A DNA stretch of 64,000 bases from a virus (taxonomy: Duplodnaviria > Caudoviricetes). The translations under genes and the position numbers were made by a program. Below the pieces are notes generated by a model, which saw only the letters and a list, made by a program, of their open reading frames with translations, was not told where the DNA came from and did no database searches. The stretch lies in IMG/VR virus record IMGVR_UViG_2609460327_000001, positions 128,001-192,000 of that record; one strand, 5' to 3'. This document shows, piece by piece, positions 21,400 to 31,706 of the stretch (the stretch's first letter is position 1; each line of letters opens with the position of its first letter).

Positions 21400-24300
21400 G
21401 TGATTAAAGACTTTTATCGCATCGCATGCATTATCTCAGTAAAGGATCAGAATGAACTTGATAAGGTATTTGTATATGACGATTACTTTACGATTAACGA
21501 AACCATGAATCAGGCTGCAATCGGACAGGCGCTTTGCGGTGGAATGAGCATGCAGGAAGTATTCCAGAATCAGATTGATGATTACATTCAGGAATATGGG
21601 ATTCAACCGAACAGAGTCACGGTCGTTGGCTATCAAACTAAATCAGGCCACAAGGATATTTCAGTCGTTTTCTATAAAGATGGAGTTGAACAGAAAGTTC
21701 AAACAGCTGACGGATCCATGAAAGCAGTAGCTTATTATCACAAGGATGAGCGATTAGACTACGGGCTTGAATTGTTTGAGTTTGATAAGGCGCTGCCTAA
21801 CGGTAAGCTCTCTCTCAGAGTGGGTGAGCAGGTGCCAACTGGCGATGTGAATCTGGCTTATATCCATAGCCCGCGAATCAATGTAGAAGAGAACGTATCT
21901 TTGATTGATACTTCTTCAGTCAATGAAAATGTAATCCCTATTGATCAGATTGAGTCCTTAGTTGTGCCGGATGCAAACGGTGTTCTCTCTTATGCTGATG
22001 TGGTTTCCGATGATCAGCCGATCATTATGCGTCCGCCATACAGCAGGTTTCCATCCAAGAATATCAACATCACTAGACGATTTACGCAGAACGAAACTGT
22101 AATATCCAATGCACTGTTCTATAAATTTGAACTAAAGTATCATTACGACAGTGATCCGGGAGAAGCAGGAAAGGTAATACGTTACACTGGCAGCCAAATT
22201 CAGCTAACCGATGAGAACGGAAACCTGCTAGGACCTGAGTTTAAACGTCTGATCTATGCTCAAGCGACTGAACAGAATCCTAAGATCTATTGGGTGAAGA
22301 TTTATATTCAAAGCAATACAGATGAAGAGCAGACCTTTAAGGTTCGCTACAATCATGTCGAGACTCCTGCTCCAGATGAAGAATTAAAGAGTACCACAAA
22401 AACGGTGGAGCTTTATTCTAATCAAGGGAACGTTGGATTGATTGAGGGTGGTAAGCTGCGAGTGATCAATGGGATCGGCGCGTACGAGCAGGTAACAGCA
22501 GAAGACCTGCGGGCAGCCGAGGACATTCAAGAGGTGTATTCGATTGAGGAATATCCGGATAAGGATGGATATAAAATTACGGTACCGCAACGTTCTATGA
22601 ATGACCCAAGAGCACGTAACGCATTCAACTATAAGCTGTCTGCCACCTATTTGGATGACAAGAACAACCAGCGCACATTAACCTTTGGATACGTAAGCGA
22701 TTGGACAATGAATGCAGACGCCCTCCTTGCTCATGAGAAGCTTGAGTTTACCGGAGAGTATAAAACCTTGGGCGTGAATATTGGCGGCGGATACGTAGAC
22801 GCACGGAGCCTCATTCAATCGATTATGCCAGTAGACATGCCTTCTCTTCCGATGGATGCCATATTTAAAATTGAAGATGCCAGCGGGAACCTGCTCTATA
22901 CAACTCAAACCGCTTCAGACAATGGATCAGTAGAAAGCATTGTAGCAGAAAGCGGAAGCTCACCGGCACAGGCAAAATCAAATACGACAACTGCTAAGTG
23001 GACGGGAGCCAGCGGAAGCAATGTGAAACTGAAGAATAACCCAATCGAACATCAGGTTACGGTCTATCCTGAACAGCAGAAGTCAGAAGTAGACTTCACA
23101 TGGGAAGCCAGCGGATCAGGAGAGATCATTACTTCGCAAAGCTATCAAGGACGATGGAAGGTATGCCAAAACGTAACGATCGAAAAAGCCTTCACAGCAA
23201 AGCCGATTGACGTATTTACAGGATGGGACTTTATCGGCTCCAATGAGACACGAGGCAAATGGGAATATAACAAAGCCAGAGATGTACTTCTGCTTACGGT
23301 AAATAAAATCGAAGTCAGTGGCTACTACAATGGTGCCCACAAAGATAAAGAGAACTACATTTTCTCTGCATGTGTTACGGTAAACGACCACAACGATGAT
23401 GACGTGATCGGGATTCAGTTCCGAGTTAACAATGATAAAGAGTACTATTGCTTCCTATGGGAAAAAGATCAGCTCATGCGCGAGCCAGGAGCCAACGGTA
23501 ACGGCGTAGGTCGCGTACTCGTGGATGAACGCGGCGTATCTGCGGTGCTCTACTACAAGAATCCAGACCCTAATAAATTTAACAGCGCCTATGAAGCTGA
23601 AACGAATATGACAAAGTACATGTCAGACTACGGATTTAAAAACCGTAAGAAGGGTATATTCAAAGCCAGCCCGACTACACTTCCGCCTTACTCTGATGCA
23701 CTGCATCCGAACTGCCAGTACAAATCAGACCGGACGGGATCATCCTTTGAGAATATAACGAGCAACGTAAACTATAATGCGAAAGGATGGGTACCGGGGG
23801 AGACATATAAGATTCGTGTCGTGGTTGCCGGTAGTAAGTTCCAGGTCTACATCGGTAACGATACTTCCGATGATGCATTAGGAACATTGGTTTGTGAAGC
23901 TGAGGACAGCACCTACAGCAAAGGCTCTTACGGAATCTGTAATATCTCTCAAGAGAATGCGCTATGGTCTAAACTGAAATTCACAGAACTGGATGTTCAC
24001 GAACTCTGCACAGACTGGGAGAACGTGACGCTAACTAGTAACGATTGGGTTAAAGTGTCCGACAAGAAGCCGGCCGACATTTTAACCCCACTCATTGAAC
24101 AATACATGAAAGACACCTATGGTAATGACATGCCTTATACTGTTACGACTCCAAGTGTTGTCGGTGATCCGGCAGACCTTAGAGCAGAGGTTCGAAACGA
24201 TGGCTACATTTGGGCAGTGACGAACAGCAGCCAGGCAGGAGGGACGTTAAGTACTCCTTGGCTAACCAGTGATAATCGCAAGAATATTACCGGCACAGGC

Positions 24301-26550
24301 AAGGCGGTCATGAGGGCAGACGGCGTTATGGATGTAACACTCACCCCGCCAATGCTAACGAAGGATAATATACCGATTGAAGTTCAGAACTTCTCTTGGA
24401 ATCGAATATGGGCAACAAGCGGTGAAGGCGTAAACATTCGGATTAACGGTGACAACTCTGTTTCTGCTGAGGTCGATGTGCCGCCGATCATTCCGATTGG
24501 AGCACCACTCACCCTGCCACTGGAAGGAACAGATAAGATTTATAAGCAGGAAGGTATGAAATCGATGGGCCTTCTTTTCGGGACAGGAAACATTCTCGAG
24601 AAGCTAAACATTTCATCCAGTGTTCCTGCAAATGAATTGCTTCTGCGTATCGAGAGAGGGGATTCAGCGGGTAACAATCGGGAGAATCGAGTGAACTATC
24701 GCTGGCATTATAACTGGCAGAACCGAGAATACTTCGAGGTGGATCAGGCAAATCGAGGCGTTAACCGGATGCGCATGAAAAACATCCTGCAGCCGGGAAC
24801 AACAAATGTGATCGAAGGGCTTACGGCTGACCTTGTAGCGTGGACAACTTTCGAAGAGCTAGAGTCAGTGCCGGTGTTGGCCATTAAGATTGATGATGAT
24901 AAAAAGATCGAAATGGAGAAGCCAAAGGTTGAGCGAGACAACACGGAGATCGACAACTGGTATGTACGGGTGAAGAACGGCAGGGTGAAGAAGCGATATG
25001 TCCTTCCTTATTATGAGGCTGGTGAAAAAGTCCCGCAGCTCTATGTATCCTATCCAGAATTGATTCCATACGCTCCGATGAATCCGGAAGAACGAAAAGA
25101 AATCATTATGGATTATACGGTGCCGGAATATACGAACCAAGAGTTCTACAATGAACCGGTCATTCTGATTGATCGAGAGCATCCTGTCATTCTCAATGAT
25201 AAAGCGATTCAAGTTGGATTCACGCCAATTGCGATGGCATCCGAAGCTGGCGTAAGCTATCTCGAAGTCGAAGCGATCCGAATGAATCAGTCTCGTAAGC
25301 TAAGAGTTTCCGACATCGATGCGAAAAAAGGTATCATTTATCTGCACGATAGGATTCGAGATCAGGACGAAGTGATTGTACGATATGCTTATGTAGAGGA
25401 TTGGTACACGTACCGCGGGTACAATCGCAGCGGAGAGTTCTTCCATCTGGACTTAAACCCAAGTCCAGGACACCGATTTACGATGGCCCAAGATGGATTT
25501 CATGAATGGGTGCCGGGAGATGTGACGCTGCGCGAATCGTACACAACGACCGAGAAGCAAAGCAATGAATTATTAGTTAGACAAATGCACGTCTATCTAA
25601 GACCCACATCCATCTGGATACAAGAGGAATCAGGACCTCAGCTCATTAGTGGTACAACTCGTAATCAAGCGATCTTCCATACGGATGACAACTACTGGTT
25701 TGAGCCAGATGATTATAACTATGATCCATCCATGCTTCGACTAGGGAAAGTAACAGTCCAAGCCAACTCCAGCCTTAAGAAAGATGTGGTCATTATGGAC
25801 ACCCGGACAAGAGGCGGTGGTCTGGATGAAGCATTATCTAAAGCGGTCATTGCCAAGGTAAATAAAGAATCACTTTACCATTGGGATATCGGCTACTTTG
25901 ATGGAGAAGCGTATCAGGAAAATGGAGTCATTATTGTTCGGCTCCCGCGCAGTATCCTAGCCACTCCAAATAATCCAAACGGATTTAGTGAAGCTGAAGT
26001 GCAAGCAGCTGTAGCGAAGCATAAAGGATACGGAATCCTGCCGATCATTGAATACTATGATCTGCAGCCAACCGATCTTAACGTGCTTGGTAATCCAGAG
26101 TTCCTTTACGGCAAGCACCTGAATGAATATAACACGAATCTATCAAGCGGATTATACTTCATTAATCAGCAAGACCTCGGTACTGGCGACAACTCTATCC
26201 TTCAAATTGAAGAGGGAGGCGTATACGGCATCCTGCTATCCACAGCCAATCTGGAGTACAGTGATTACACTTTGGATATCAAGGCGAAGAAGATGTCTAA
26301 GGCGGAGGATCGTTCGGCAGCTGTCATCCGGTATGTATATCGAAACGGAGAAACGGCAGAAGTACCGATGGCCACAATCAACAGTGAAGACTGGATGATT
26401 TATACGGCTGACATTATGAATGACGGTAATATTGATTCCATCATTATTCAGGTGAACAGCAAGGAAGCTAAAGGTGGCATTCTTGTAGACTATGTTAAGA
26501 TGTTCCCGAAATTTACGGAAATAGATGGAGTGGAATTTATAGAATTGTAA
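21400..26550 (+). CDS. large (about 1716 aa) virion structural protein with thrombospondin-C-like lectin domain and C-terminal carbohydrate-binding-like domain
   Basis: GTG 21400 has RBS GAAGGGAG (the ORF track starts at 21379). NDDDVIGIQFRVNNDKEYYCFLWEK motif; DTRTRGGGL motif. Confidence 0.7.
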   Translation: MIKDFYRIACIISVKDQNELDKVFVYDDYFTINETMNQAAIGQALCGGMSMQEVFQNQIDDYIQEYGIQPNRVTVVGYQTKSGHKDISVVFYKDGVEQKVQTADGSMKAVAYYHKDERLDYGLELFEFDKALPNGKLSLRVGEQVPTGDVNLAYIHSPRINVEENVSLIDTSSVNENVIPIDQIESLVVPDANGVLSYADVVSDDQPIIMRPPYSRFPSKNINITRRFTQNETVISNALFYKFELKYHYDSDPGEAGKVIRYTGSQIQLTDENGNLLGPEFKRLIYAQATEQNPKIYWVKIYIQSNTDEEQTFKVRYNHVETPAPDEELKSTTKTVELYSNQGNVGLIEGGKLRVINGIGAYEQVTAEDLRAAEDIQEVYSIEEYPDKDGYKITVPQRSMNDPRARNAFNYKLSATYLDDKNNQRTLTFGYVSDWTMNADALLAHEKLEFTGEYKTLGVNIGGGYVDARSLIQSIMPVDMPSLPMDAIFKIEDASGNLLYTTQTASDNGSVESIVAESGSSPAQAKSNTTTAKWTGASGSNVKLKNNPIEHQVTVYPEQQKSEVDFTWEASGSGEIITSQSYQGRWKVCQNVTIEKAFTAKPIDVFTGWDFIGSNETRGKWEYNKARDVLLLTVNKIEVSGYYNGAHKDKENYIFSACVTVNDHNDDDVIGIQFRVNNDKEYYCFLWEKDQLMREPGANGNGVGRVLVDERGVSAVLYYKNPDPNKFNSAYEAETNMTKYMSDYGFKNRKKGIFKASPTTLPPYSDALHPNCQYKSDRTGSSFENITSNVNYNAKGWVPGETYKIRVVVAGSKFQVYIGNDTSDDALGTLVCEAEDSTYSKGSYGICNISQENALWSKLKFTELDVHELCTDWENVTLTSNDWVKVSDKKPADILTPLIEQYMKDTYGNDMPYTVTTPSVVGDPADLRAEVRNDGYIWAVTNSSQAGGTLSTPWLTSDNRKNITGTGKAVMRADGVMDVTLTPPMLTKDNIPIEVQNFSWNRIWATSGEGVNIRINGDNSVSAEVDVPPIIPIGAPLTLPLEGTDKIYKQEGMKSMGLLFGTGNILEKLNISSSVPANELLLRIERGDSAGNNRENRVNYRWHYNWQNREYFEVDQANRGVNRMRMKNILQPGTTNVIEGLTADLVAWTTFEELESVPVLAIKIDDDKKIEMEKPKVERDNTEIDNWYVRVKNGRVKKRYVLPYYEAGEKVPQLYVSYPELIPYAPMNPEERKEIIMDYTVPEYTNQEFYNEPVILIDREHPVILNDKAIQVGFTPIAMASEAGVSYLEVEAIRMNQSRKLRVSDIDAKKGIIYLHDRIRDQDEVIVRYAYVEDWYTYRGYNRSGEFFHLDLNPSPGHRFTMAQDGFHEWVPGDVTLRESYTTTEKQSNELLVRQMHVYLRPTSIWIQEESGPQLISGTTRNQAIFHTDDNYWFEPDDYNYDPSMLRLGKVTVQANSSLKKDVVIMDTRTRGGGLDEALSKAVIAKVNKESLYHWDIGYFDGEAYQENGVIIVRLPRSILATPNNPNGFSEAEVQAAVAKHKGYGILPIIEYYDLQPTDLNVLGNPEFLYGKHLNEYNTNLSSGLYFINQQDLGTGDNSILQIEEGGVYGILLSTANLEYSDYTLDIKAKKMSKAEDRSAAVIRYVYRNGETAEVPMATINSEDWMIYTADIMNDGNIDSIIIQVNSKEAKGGILVDYVKMFPKFTEIDGVEFIEL

Positions 26551-26559
26551 TGCGTTACA
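26546..26559. promoter_or_regulatory. palindromic operator TGTAATGCGTTACA
   Basis: Copy of the recurrent TGTAA-YGYR-TTACA motif; overlaps the stop codon and is followed by TGATAAT. Confidence 0.6.
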
Positions 26560-26577
26560 TGATATGATAATACACAG

Positions 26578-26606
26578 CAGCTCGCATATACTGCGGGCTG
26601 TTTCTT
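26578..26606 (+). terminator. terminator-like hairpin
   Basis: CAGCTCGCA-TATAC-TGCGGGCTG followed by TTTCTT. Confidence 0.5.
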
Positions 26607-26622
26607 ATAAGGAGGAAAAGGT

Positions 26623-27681
26623 ATGCCAATCACAGATACAAGGAATATCGTGCAGTTTGTGAATGAGCTTGAATCGAGGATTAATAACTTAGATCAGGAC
26701 CTTTTGGATTGGGAGAATAATAAAAGCCAAATTCTAAATGCCCTGCCTCAGATCAATCTCAACCGCACGAATGCCATCACTGCAATCGTTAAAGCAGAGG
26801 ATGCACTAGCAGAGCTTAATACGGCAACTTACGGTGTCGTTGCGGCTAAAGGGCAGCGCCTTAAAAAACTGCTCGATGATCTGAAAGCACAAGTCATTGA
26901 GATTGCCGAGAATGCACCAGGCAAAGGCATTGAGATTGACTCTTACATTCAAGATGAAATCAACAATGCGATCGCCGGTGTAGACAGTGCAATTCACGAT
27001 GGATTAAAGCTGGACTATCGCATTAGGCAAGTTCAGGATATGGCTCAAGAAGGAGTAGAGTTTGCTCAAAAAGAAATCATTCTTCCTTTTAGCCATAAAA
27101 CAATTAATCCATTAAATCATTATGAGGTTCAGCTCGAACCGCAAGAAGGCGTAGAGTATGTCAAAGGGGATGTGACAGTACTTGATGCCGGCGGGGATCG
27201 CGTTGTGCTTGGAACGAATCAAGAAGCCATTACTGGAACGATCTATGAGAACGGAACGATTATTCTTTCTGAGTCTCCTAAAGTGCCAGTAACGCTGATT
27301 TATCCAGCACGGCTAAACTTTAATGATGTGCCAGAAGACTTCTTGTATTACACGTTGCAAATGATGCTATCGAAGTCTAGTCCAACCCTTACATTCGTTC
27401 AGAAAGTTGAATCGATCGTAACGGAAATCCTTACAGATATCCGGTACATGAAGGGAACGAACTGGACAGTAGATCACAGCATTATGCGTAACCGAAAGGA
27501 CATACTGCTGGAAAGTATCACGCCTAAAGGTTTGCAGGTAGATGTCCAAAACGGAAATGTTCACGCTATGTTCAGCTACAACGATCATCCGAACTTGAAA
27601 CACTTTGTTCTGGAGAAGTTAAATCCAGAAACGAATGAGTTCGAGCCGTATGATGGGGCTGAGGGGATTATTTCTAAATGA
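26623..27681 (+). CDS. hypothetical coiled-coil protein (352 aa), possibly structural
   Basis: RBS AAGGAGG; N-terminal heptad pattern; ATGA coupling to the next gene. Confidence 0.6.
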   Translation: MPITDTRNIVQFVNELESRINNLDQDLLDWENNKSQILNALPQINLNRTNAITAIVKAEDALAELNTATYGVVAAKGQRLKKLLDDLKAQVIEIAENAPGKGIEIDSYIQDEINNAIAGVDSAIHDGLKLDYRIRQVQDMAQEGVEFAQKEIILPFSHKTINPLNHYEVQLEPQEGVEYVKGDVTVLDAGGDRVVLGTNQEAITGTIYENGTIILSESPKVPVTLIYPARLNFNDVPEDFLYYTLQMMLSKSSPTLTFVQKVESIVTEILTDIRYMKGTNWTVDHSIMRNRKDILLESITPKGLQVDVQNGNVHAMFSYNDHPNLKHFVLEKLNPETNEFEPYDGAEGIISK

Positions 27682-28412
27682 CCGAGTTGATGAGCCGATA
27701 CCAGGAATTGAATGCAAGAGAAAAACCCGAAACTTCTAGCCGAGGGAAAAGAAATATGGCTGGTATTATTGTCAGTGAAGGATTTGCAGAACACATGAGA
27801 GTTACCTCAGGAGATCATGAACTTACGCCTGTAAGAATATCTGTCGACGGAACTGTTGCTCCTGCAGATGAAGAAACATTCTTAGCATCTAGGGCAATCC
27901 CAAGCAGAGGTAGGGGGTATAACTTTCCTCAAGAAATATTAGGAACCTTTTTTGATGGGTTGAGGACTAATATAAGGACAGATGATCTTCCGTATTATCC
28001 AGGAGTGAATCCTATTGAATTTGCTGACGAGGAAGTGCCAGAAGATGCATATACGCGCCAAGAAAGTTTCGACGATTATGCTGTATCTATTTATGCAGGT
28101 GGAGTACCTATTCCTGGAGTCTTGAGATATGAAATGACAGAGCAATTTGAAAACAGGAGAATTGAAGGCTACTTAGAACTACAGCGTTTTGGCGGCGATT
28201 CGATTTTGTATCAGGTTGCCAGGGAGCAGGAATCCCGTATCCGAACTATGATGATACGCATGATTAGAGACAGTGGTGAAGTGATAACCCAAGACGTGAC
28301 CAATGTGCACTGGATTCGCCGGACAATCAGCAGATCGGCAGGCGAAGACATGGAGACTGAGCGCTTTTATTTTACAGCTAATTCTATCAGATCATATGGT
28401 AGTGAAAATTAA
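27678..28412 (+). CDS. hypothetical protein with MTELMSRYQE leader
   Basis: ATGA overlap with upstream stop; shares its first 10 residues with the 28428 ORF. Confidence 0.6.
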   Translation: MTELMSRYQELNAREKPETSSRGKRNMAGIIVSEGFAEHMRVTSGDHELTPVRISVDGTVAPADEETFLASRAIPSRGRGYNFPQEILGTFFDGLRTNIRTDDLPYYPGVNPIEFADEEVPEDAYTRQESFDDYAVSIYAGGVPIPGVLRYEMTEQFENRRIEGYLELQRFGGDSILYQVAREQESRIRTMMIRMIRDSGEVITQDVTNVHWIRRTISRSAGEDMETERFYFTANSIRSYGSEN

Positions 28413-28427
28413 AGTGAGGGATTATAT

Positions 28428-28874
28428 TTGACGGAGTTAATGAGTCGATATCAGGAAAATGCAGTTCAGAAGCGAATACATCTTCAGGGGATTTTGAAAT
28501 CTGGCGAAGACGGGATGAAGTTTGAAGATGGCTATGATACCATTGCCCGAACGATTGCCGGTCAGATAGCGTCTTGTAATGAATCCAGGCATCAACCGGA
28601 AGATGATTATCGATCAGATTATTCCCTTTGTCTACCGGAAGTTTTCCTCCGATTCTATTTGAGTGACAAGAAAGTCTCGCTGGAAGAAGCAGAAGAAAAG
28701 CAGATTATGATGTCGATCGGGGAGCTTGATATTTATACGGAATGGTACGGCTATTCAGAGTATACGATTGAAGGGTATTGTGTCGAAAACTTCACCATCG
28801 GTAACCATGACATTGAATCGATCCTGAAGACGTATAAGGGGAAATACGCACACATCATTATGGAGATTTATTGA
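28428..28874 (+). CDS. acidic hypothetical phage protein with MTELMSRYQE leader
   Basis: TTG start with GAGGG RBS. Confidence 0.6.
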   Translation: MTELMSRYQENAVQKRIHLQGILKSGEDGMKFEDGYDTIARTIAGQIASCNESRHQPEDDYRSDYSLCLPEVFLRFYLSDKKVSLEEAEEKQIMMSIGELDIYTEWYGYSEYTIEGYCVENFTIGNHDIESILKTYKGKYAHIIMEIY

Positions 28875-28896
28875 AGGCAGCTCGTAGGCTGTCTTT
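28874..28896 (+). terminator. short terminator-like hairpin
   Basis: AAGGCAGC-TCGTAG-GCTGTCTT-T. Confidence 0.45.
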
Positions 28897-28917
28897 ACAT
28901 ACGAAAGGAGGAGTGAC

Positions 28918-29232
28918 ATGTTAAAGACTTTAGCTAGGGTGCCACTATTTTGGTTACTGTTTTCTTGGAATATAGGAGTAGTCATCCTTGCTGGTGTTAT
29001 TATTTATAAGTTATTCTTTTGGATTCTTGGGTTTTGGAAGTGCAAGACTTGCAAGAAAGCACATTGGGCTGACACATTATCTTGTAACTATGAGAGCGCA
29101 AAAGGATATGTATCAGGTCCTTTCTGTGAAAGTTGCTACATTGTTTTTTTGGAAAGTCGCACAATTAAACCGCCACCGCCCAGCTGGCGACCATCGAAAC
29201 CAGCACCACCGAAACCAAGGAGTGGACAATAA
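28918..29232 (+). CDS. small membrane protein with CxxC...CxxC zinc-finger and Pro-rich tail
   Basis: RBS AAGGAGGAG; hydrophobic N-terminus; CKTC and CESC. Confidence 0.6.
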   Translation: MLKTLARVPLFWLLFSWNIGVVILAGVIIYKLFFWILGFWKCKTCKKAHWADTLSCNYESAKGYVSGPFCESCYIVFLESRTIKPPPPSWRPSKPAPPKPRSGQ

Positions 29233-29234
29233 AG

Positions 29235-31706
29235 ATGAGTAACTATTTAGACCAATTCCTTTCCACGCTCCCGCAGACTCAAAAGCAAAAGCTTATGGAG
29301 CTTCTGGAGTTAAAGCAAAGAGAAGGATACATCAAGAGTGATACCGAGTTCCAAGCCGAACTCGAACGGCTGCTTAAAGTCTTGGATTCAGCGAATGCAA
29401 CGCCGACTTTTCAAGCTCGACACCAAACCGGCAAGACGGATTCCAGAAGTTATAACAGTAACCTTGAAGAGATTGCATTTGATCTCTCTACAATATTTGC
29501 AGCTTCGAACCAGATCGACAGCTTAATGGATGATAATCAGCGGTTGTCACGGTCAATGCTTGCAGACATTCGCAAGAAAATCTATGCCCTTGAAGCAGAG
29601 GTTGAGAAGCAAGCATTGATAATGAAGAACACAGATGGATTCGTAGAAGGAGTCCATGAGCAATTCAAAGCTCCCCAATATACTGAAACTAGCGAATCAT
29701 CGCTTGCAATTCTCAGAAAAGATCGCTATGGCCAATATCTAAATAACAAATACAGTGCTGAGATTGTCAGTGACTCACTACAGCTTGCTTCATTCGAAAC
29801 GATAGACCAGCTTAAGAATCCCTATGGAAGAAAGCTGGCATCGATTCAGGTGTTGAACCGGATCGGAACAGTGGCCACAAATAATAATCATCCAATATCT
29901 AATGCCATAGATGGTTCGCAAGAAACCTTCTGGGCAGAAGTCATTCTGGCCGATGATGTGATTACGCAAAATATCAGTGATCTGTGGACACATGACTATG
30001 AAGGCTATGAGATGGATGGGGCAATGTGTGAGCTTGAAATTAGGCTGAACGGTATTACGACCGTATCTGAGATTAGCCTTGATCCGTATGCTTCTTATCC
30101 TCTTGAGATTGTGGCCATTCATGGATATGAATCTTCCGATTACGCAGGGAAGACTTACAAACTCGTTACGCCTAATCATGAGAATCCGCATCAGCGAAGC
30201 AAGAAGTCTGTAGGACAGATGACATTCCAATTCCCATCGGTCGATGTGGCCAAGATTCGTATCCTGCTTCGCCAAGAGAATTACGTAAAAGAAAACTATC
30301 TGGTGAATGTAGATGAGCAGAACAACATGGAGCTGTGGAATAAAATTGCAGGTTCCGCAGAACTTATGCAGCTCGGCACCGATGCTATTGCCGATCAACG
30401 GGAGCCAGGGGAAACCATTGCTGAGTTCGATAAGAAGAATCAGCTTACAGGCTGGAGCCAATATCTCACAGCGCTTCAAGAGTGGGCTGAAAAGCAGGGC
30501 GACAAAGCGAAGTCTGTTCTAAGTGCTGCCAAGTCAGCCATGGAGCAGGTCAGAATGGGTAACTATCAAAACCCTATGATGCTTGCTCTGCGTTCGATCA
30601 GTGCAAATACGAATCAAGCTACAGTGGATGAAGGCACACTGAGTCAGCAATATATTGCAGCCAACAAGCTATCCTATCTTTATGGCTTATACAATGTCAG
30701 CATTACCGGGCGGAAGTATTTGCAAAGATCGATCTACGTGTCTGAAGGACTGCCCGTGTCCGGAAATGTGAAACGCATGTCTCTTGTTACAGAGGAGAAG
30801 CATCATGATATGGATTTAGAGAATGGGGATAAGGCACGGATCACGGATGTTGAGTACTACATCAGCTACAAAAAGAATCCAGAGCCAACTGCATGGCATC
30901 CTATTATGCCGGCTGGCAAGGATTATGTAAGAGGCGAACTCCTGCTAGGCAGCTCGGTTGGGGGCGATGATTATCTCCTGCAGAACACCATTAACTTCAG
31001 CTTTCGCTTCCCTGTCATCTCTAAAGATACGGTTACTGTCCGGAGAGATGGCGTGCCAATCGGCGGTGACCAATATGTCATTACGGATGATGGAAAGAGA
31101 ATAGGGATCAGGCAATCATTCTATTCTGCTTCCAGCATCTACACTGTAGACTACAAGCCAGCGAACGAGGCTTATTACGTTGACGTGGATGCAGAGACTG
31201 TACAGCCAATGCAGTACATTAACCCACAAGGGGAAACAGGTGAATATTTCAACGGCGTGAATGCGAACAACACGATCACGCTGCAGCATACTCCTTACGT
31301 TTACCGGAGTGAGATCTTCAATTACGACTCACAGAATGACCGCTACACACAAGACAGCAGTCAGCTCAGCATGGATAAACTTTACTATCCGGTTATCGTC
31401 CGGGTTGGCGGAGTGGAGTACAAGAATATCACAGACTATGCTAGTGGCACTTATGATAAGAACCGGCTCCAAAACGAGAACGATGGCAGGAACTTTGCTC
31501 AAATTGGCAACACCCTTTACTTCCCTATTTCCACATTTGATGGAGAGCTGAAAGATATTGTGGTGGACTATTACTACCTCACAACAGACGTTCGATTAAA
31601 AGCGATCCTGCGTAGAAATAGTGCCGGTTACGAGAGCGTTACACCTTCCGTATATAGCTGGTCCATTCGTTGTCAGACTTATGATCAAGAGGTGCGAGAT
31701 GAGTGA
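29235..31706 (+). CDS. 823 aa structural protein (paralogue family member 1)
   Basis: N-terminal S-x-x-YN...D-L coiled-coil motif; discoidin-like NAIDGSQETFW; C-terminal VTPSVYSWSI. Confidence 0.65.
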   Translation: MSNYLDQFLSTLPQTQKQKLMELLELKQREGYIKSDTEFQAELERLLKVLDSANATPTFQARHQTGKTDSRSYNSNLEEIAFDLSTIFAASNQIDSLMDDNQRLSRSMLADIRKKIYALEAEVEKQALIMKNTDGFVEGVHEQFKAPQYTETSESSLAILRKDRYGQYLNNKYSAEIVSDSLQLASFETIDQLKNPYGRKLASIQVLNRIGTVATNNNHPISNAIDGSQETFWAEVILADDVITQNISDLWTHDYEGYEMDGAMCELEIRLNGITTVSEISLDPYASYPLEIVAIHGYESSDYAGKTYKLVTPNHENPHQRSKKSVGQMTFQFPSVDVAKIRILLRQENYVKENYLVNVDEQNNMELWNKIAGSAELMQLGTDAIADQREPGETIAEFDKKNQLTGWSQYLTALQEWAEKQGDKAKSVLSAAKSAMEQVRMGNYQNPMMLALRSISANTNQATVDEGTLSQQYIAANKLSYLYGLYNVSITGRKYLQRSIYVSEGLPVSGNVKRMSLVTEEKHHDMDLENGDKARITDVEYYISYKKNPEPTAWHPIMPAGKDYVRGELLLGSSVGGDDYLLQNTINFSFRFPVISKDTVTVRRDGVPIGGDQYVITDDGKRIGIRQSFYSASSIYTVDYKPANEAYYVDVDAETVQPMQYINPQGETGEYFNGVNANNTITLQHTPYVYRSEIFNYDSQNDRYTQDSSQLSMDKLYYPVIVRVGGVEYKNITDYASGTYDKNRLQNENDGRNFAQIGNTLYFPISTFDGELKDIVVDYYYLTTDVRLKAILRRNSAGYESVTPSVYSWSIRCQTYDQEVRDE

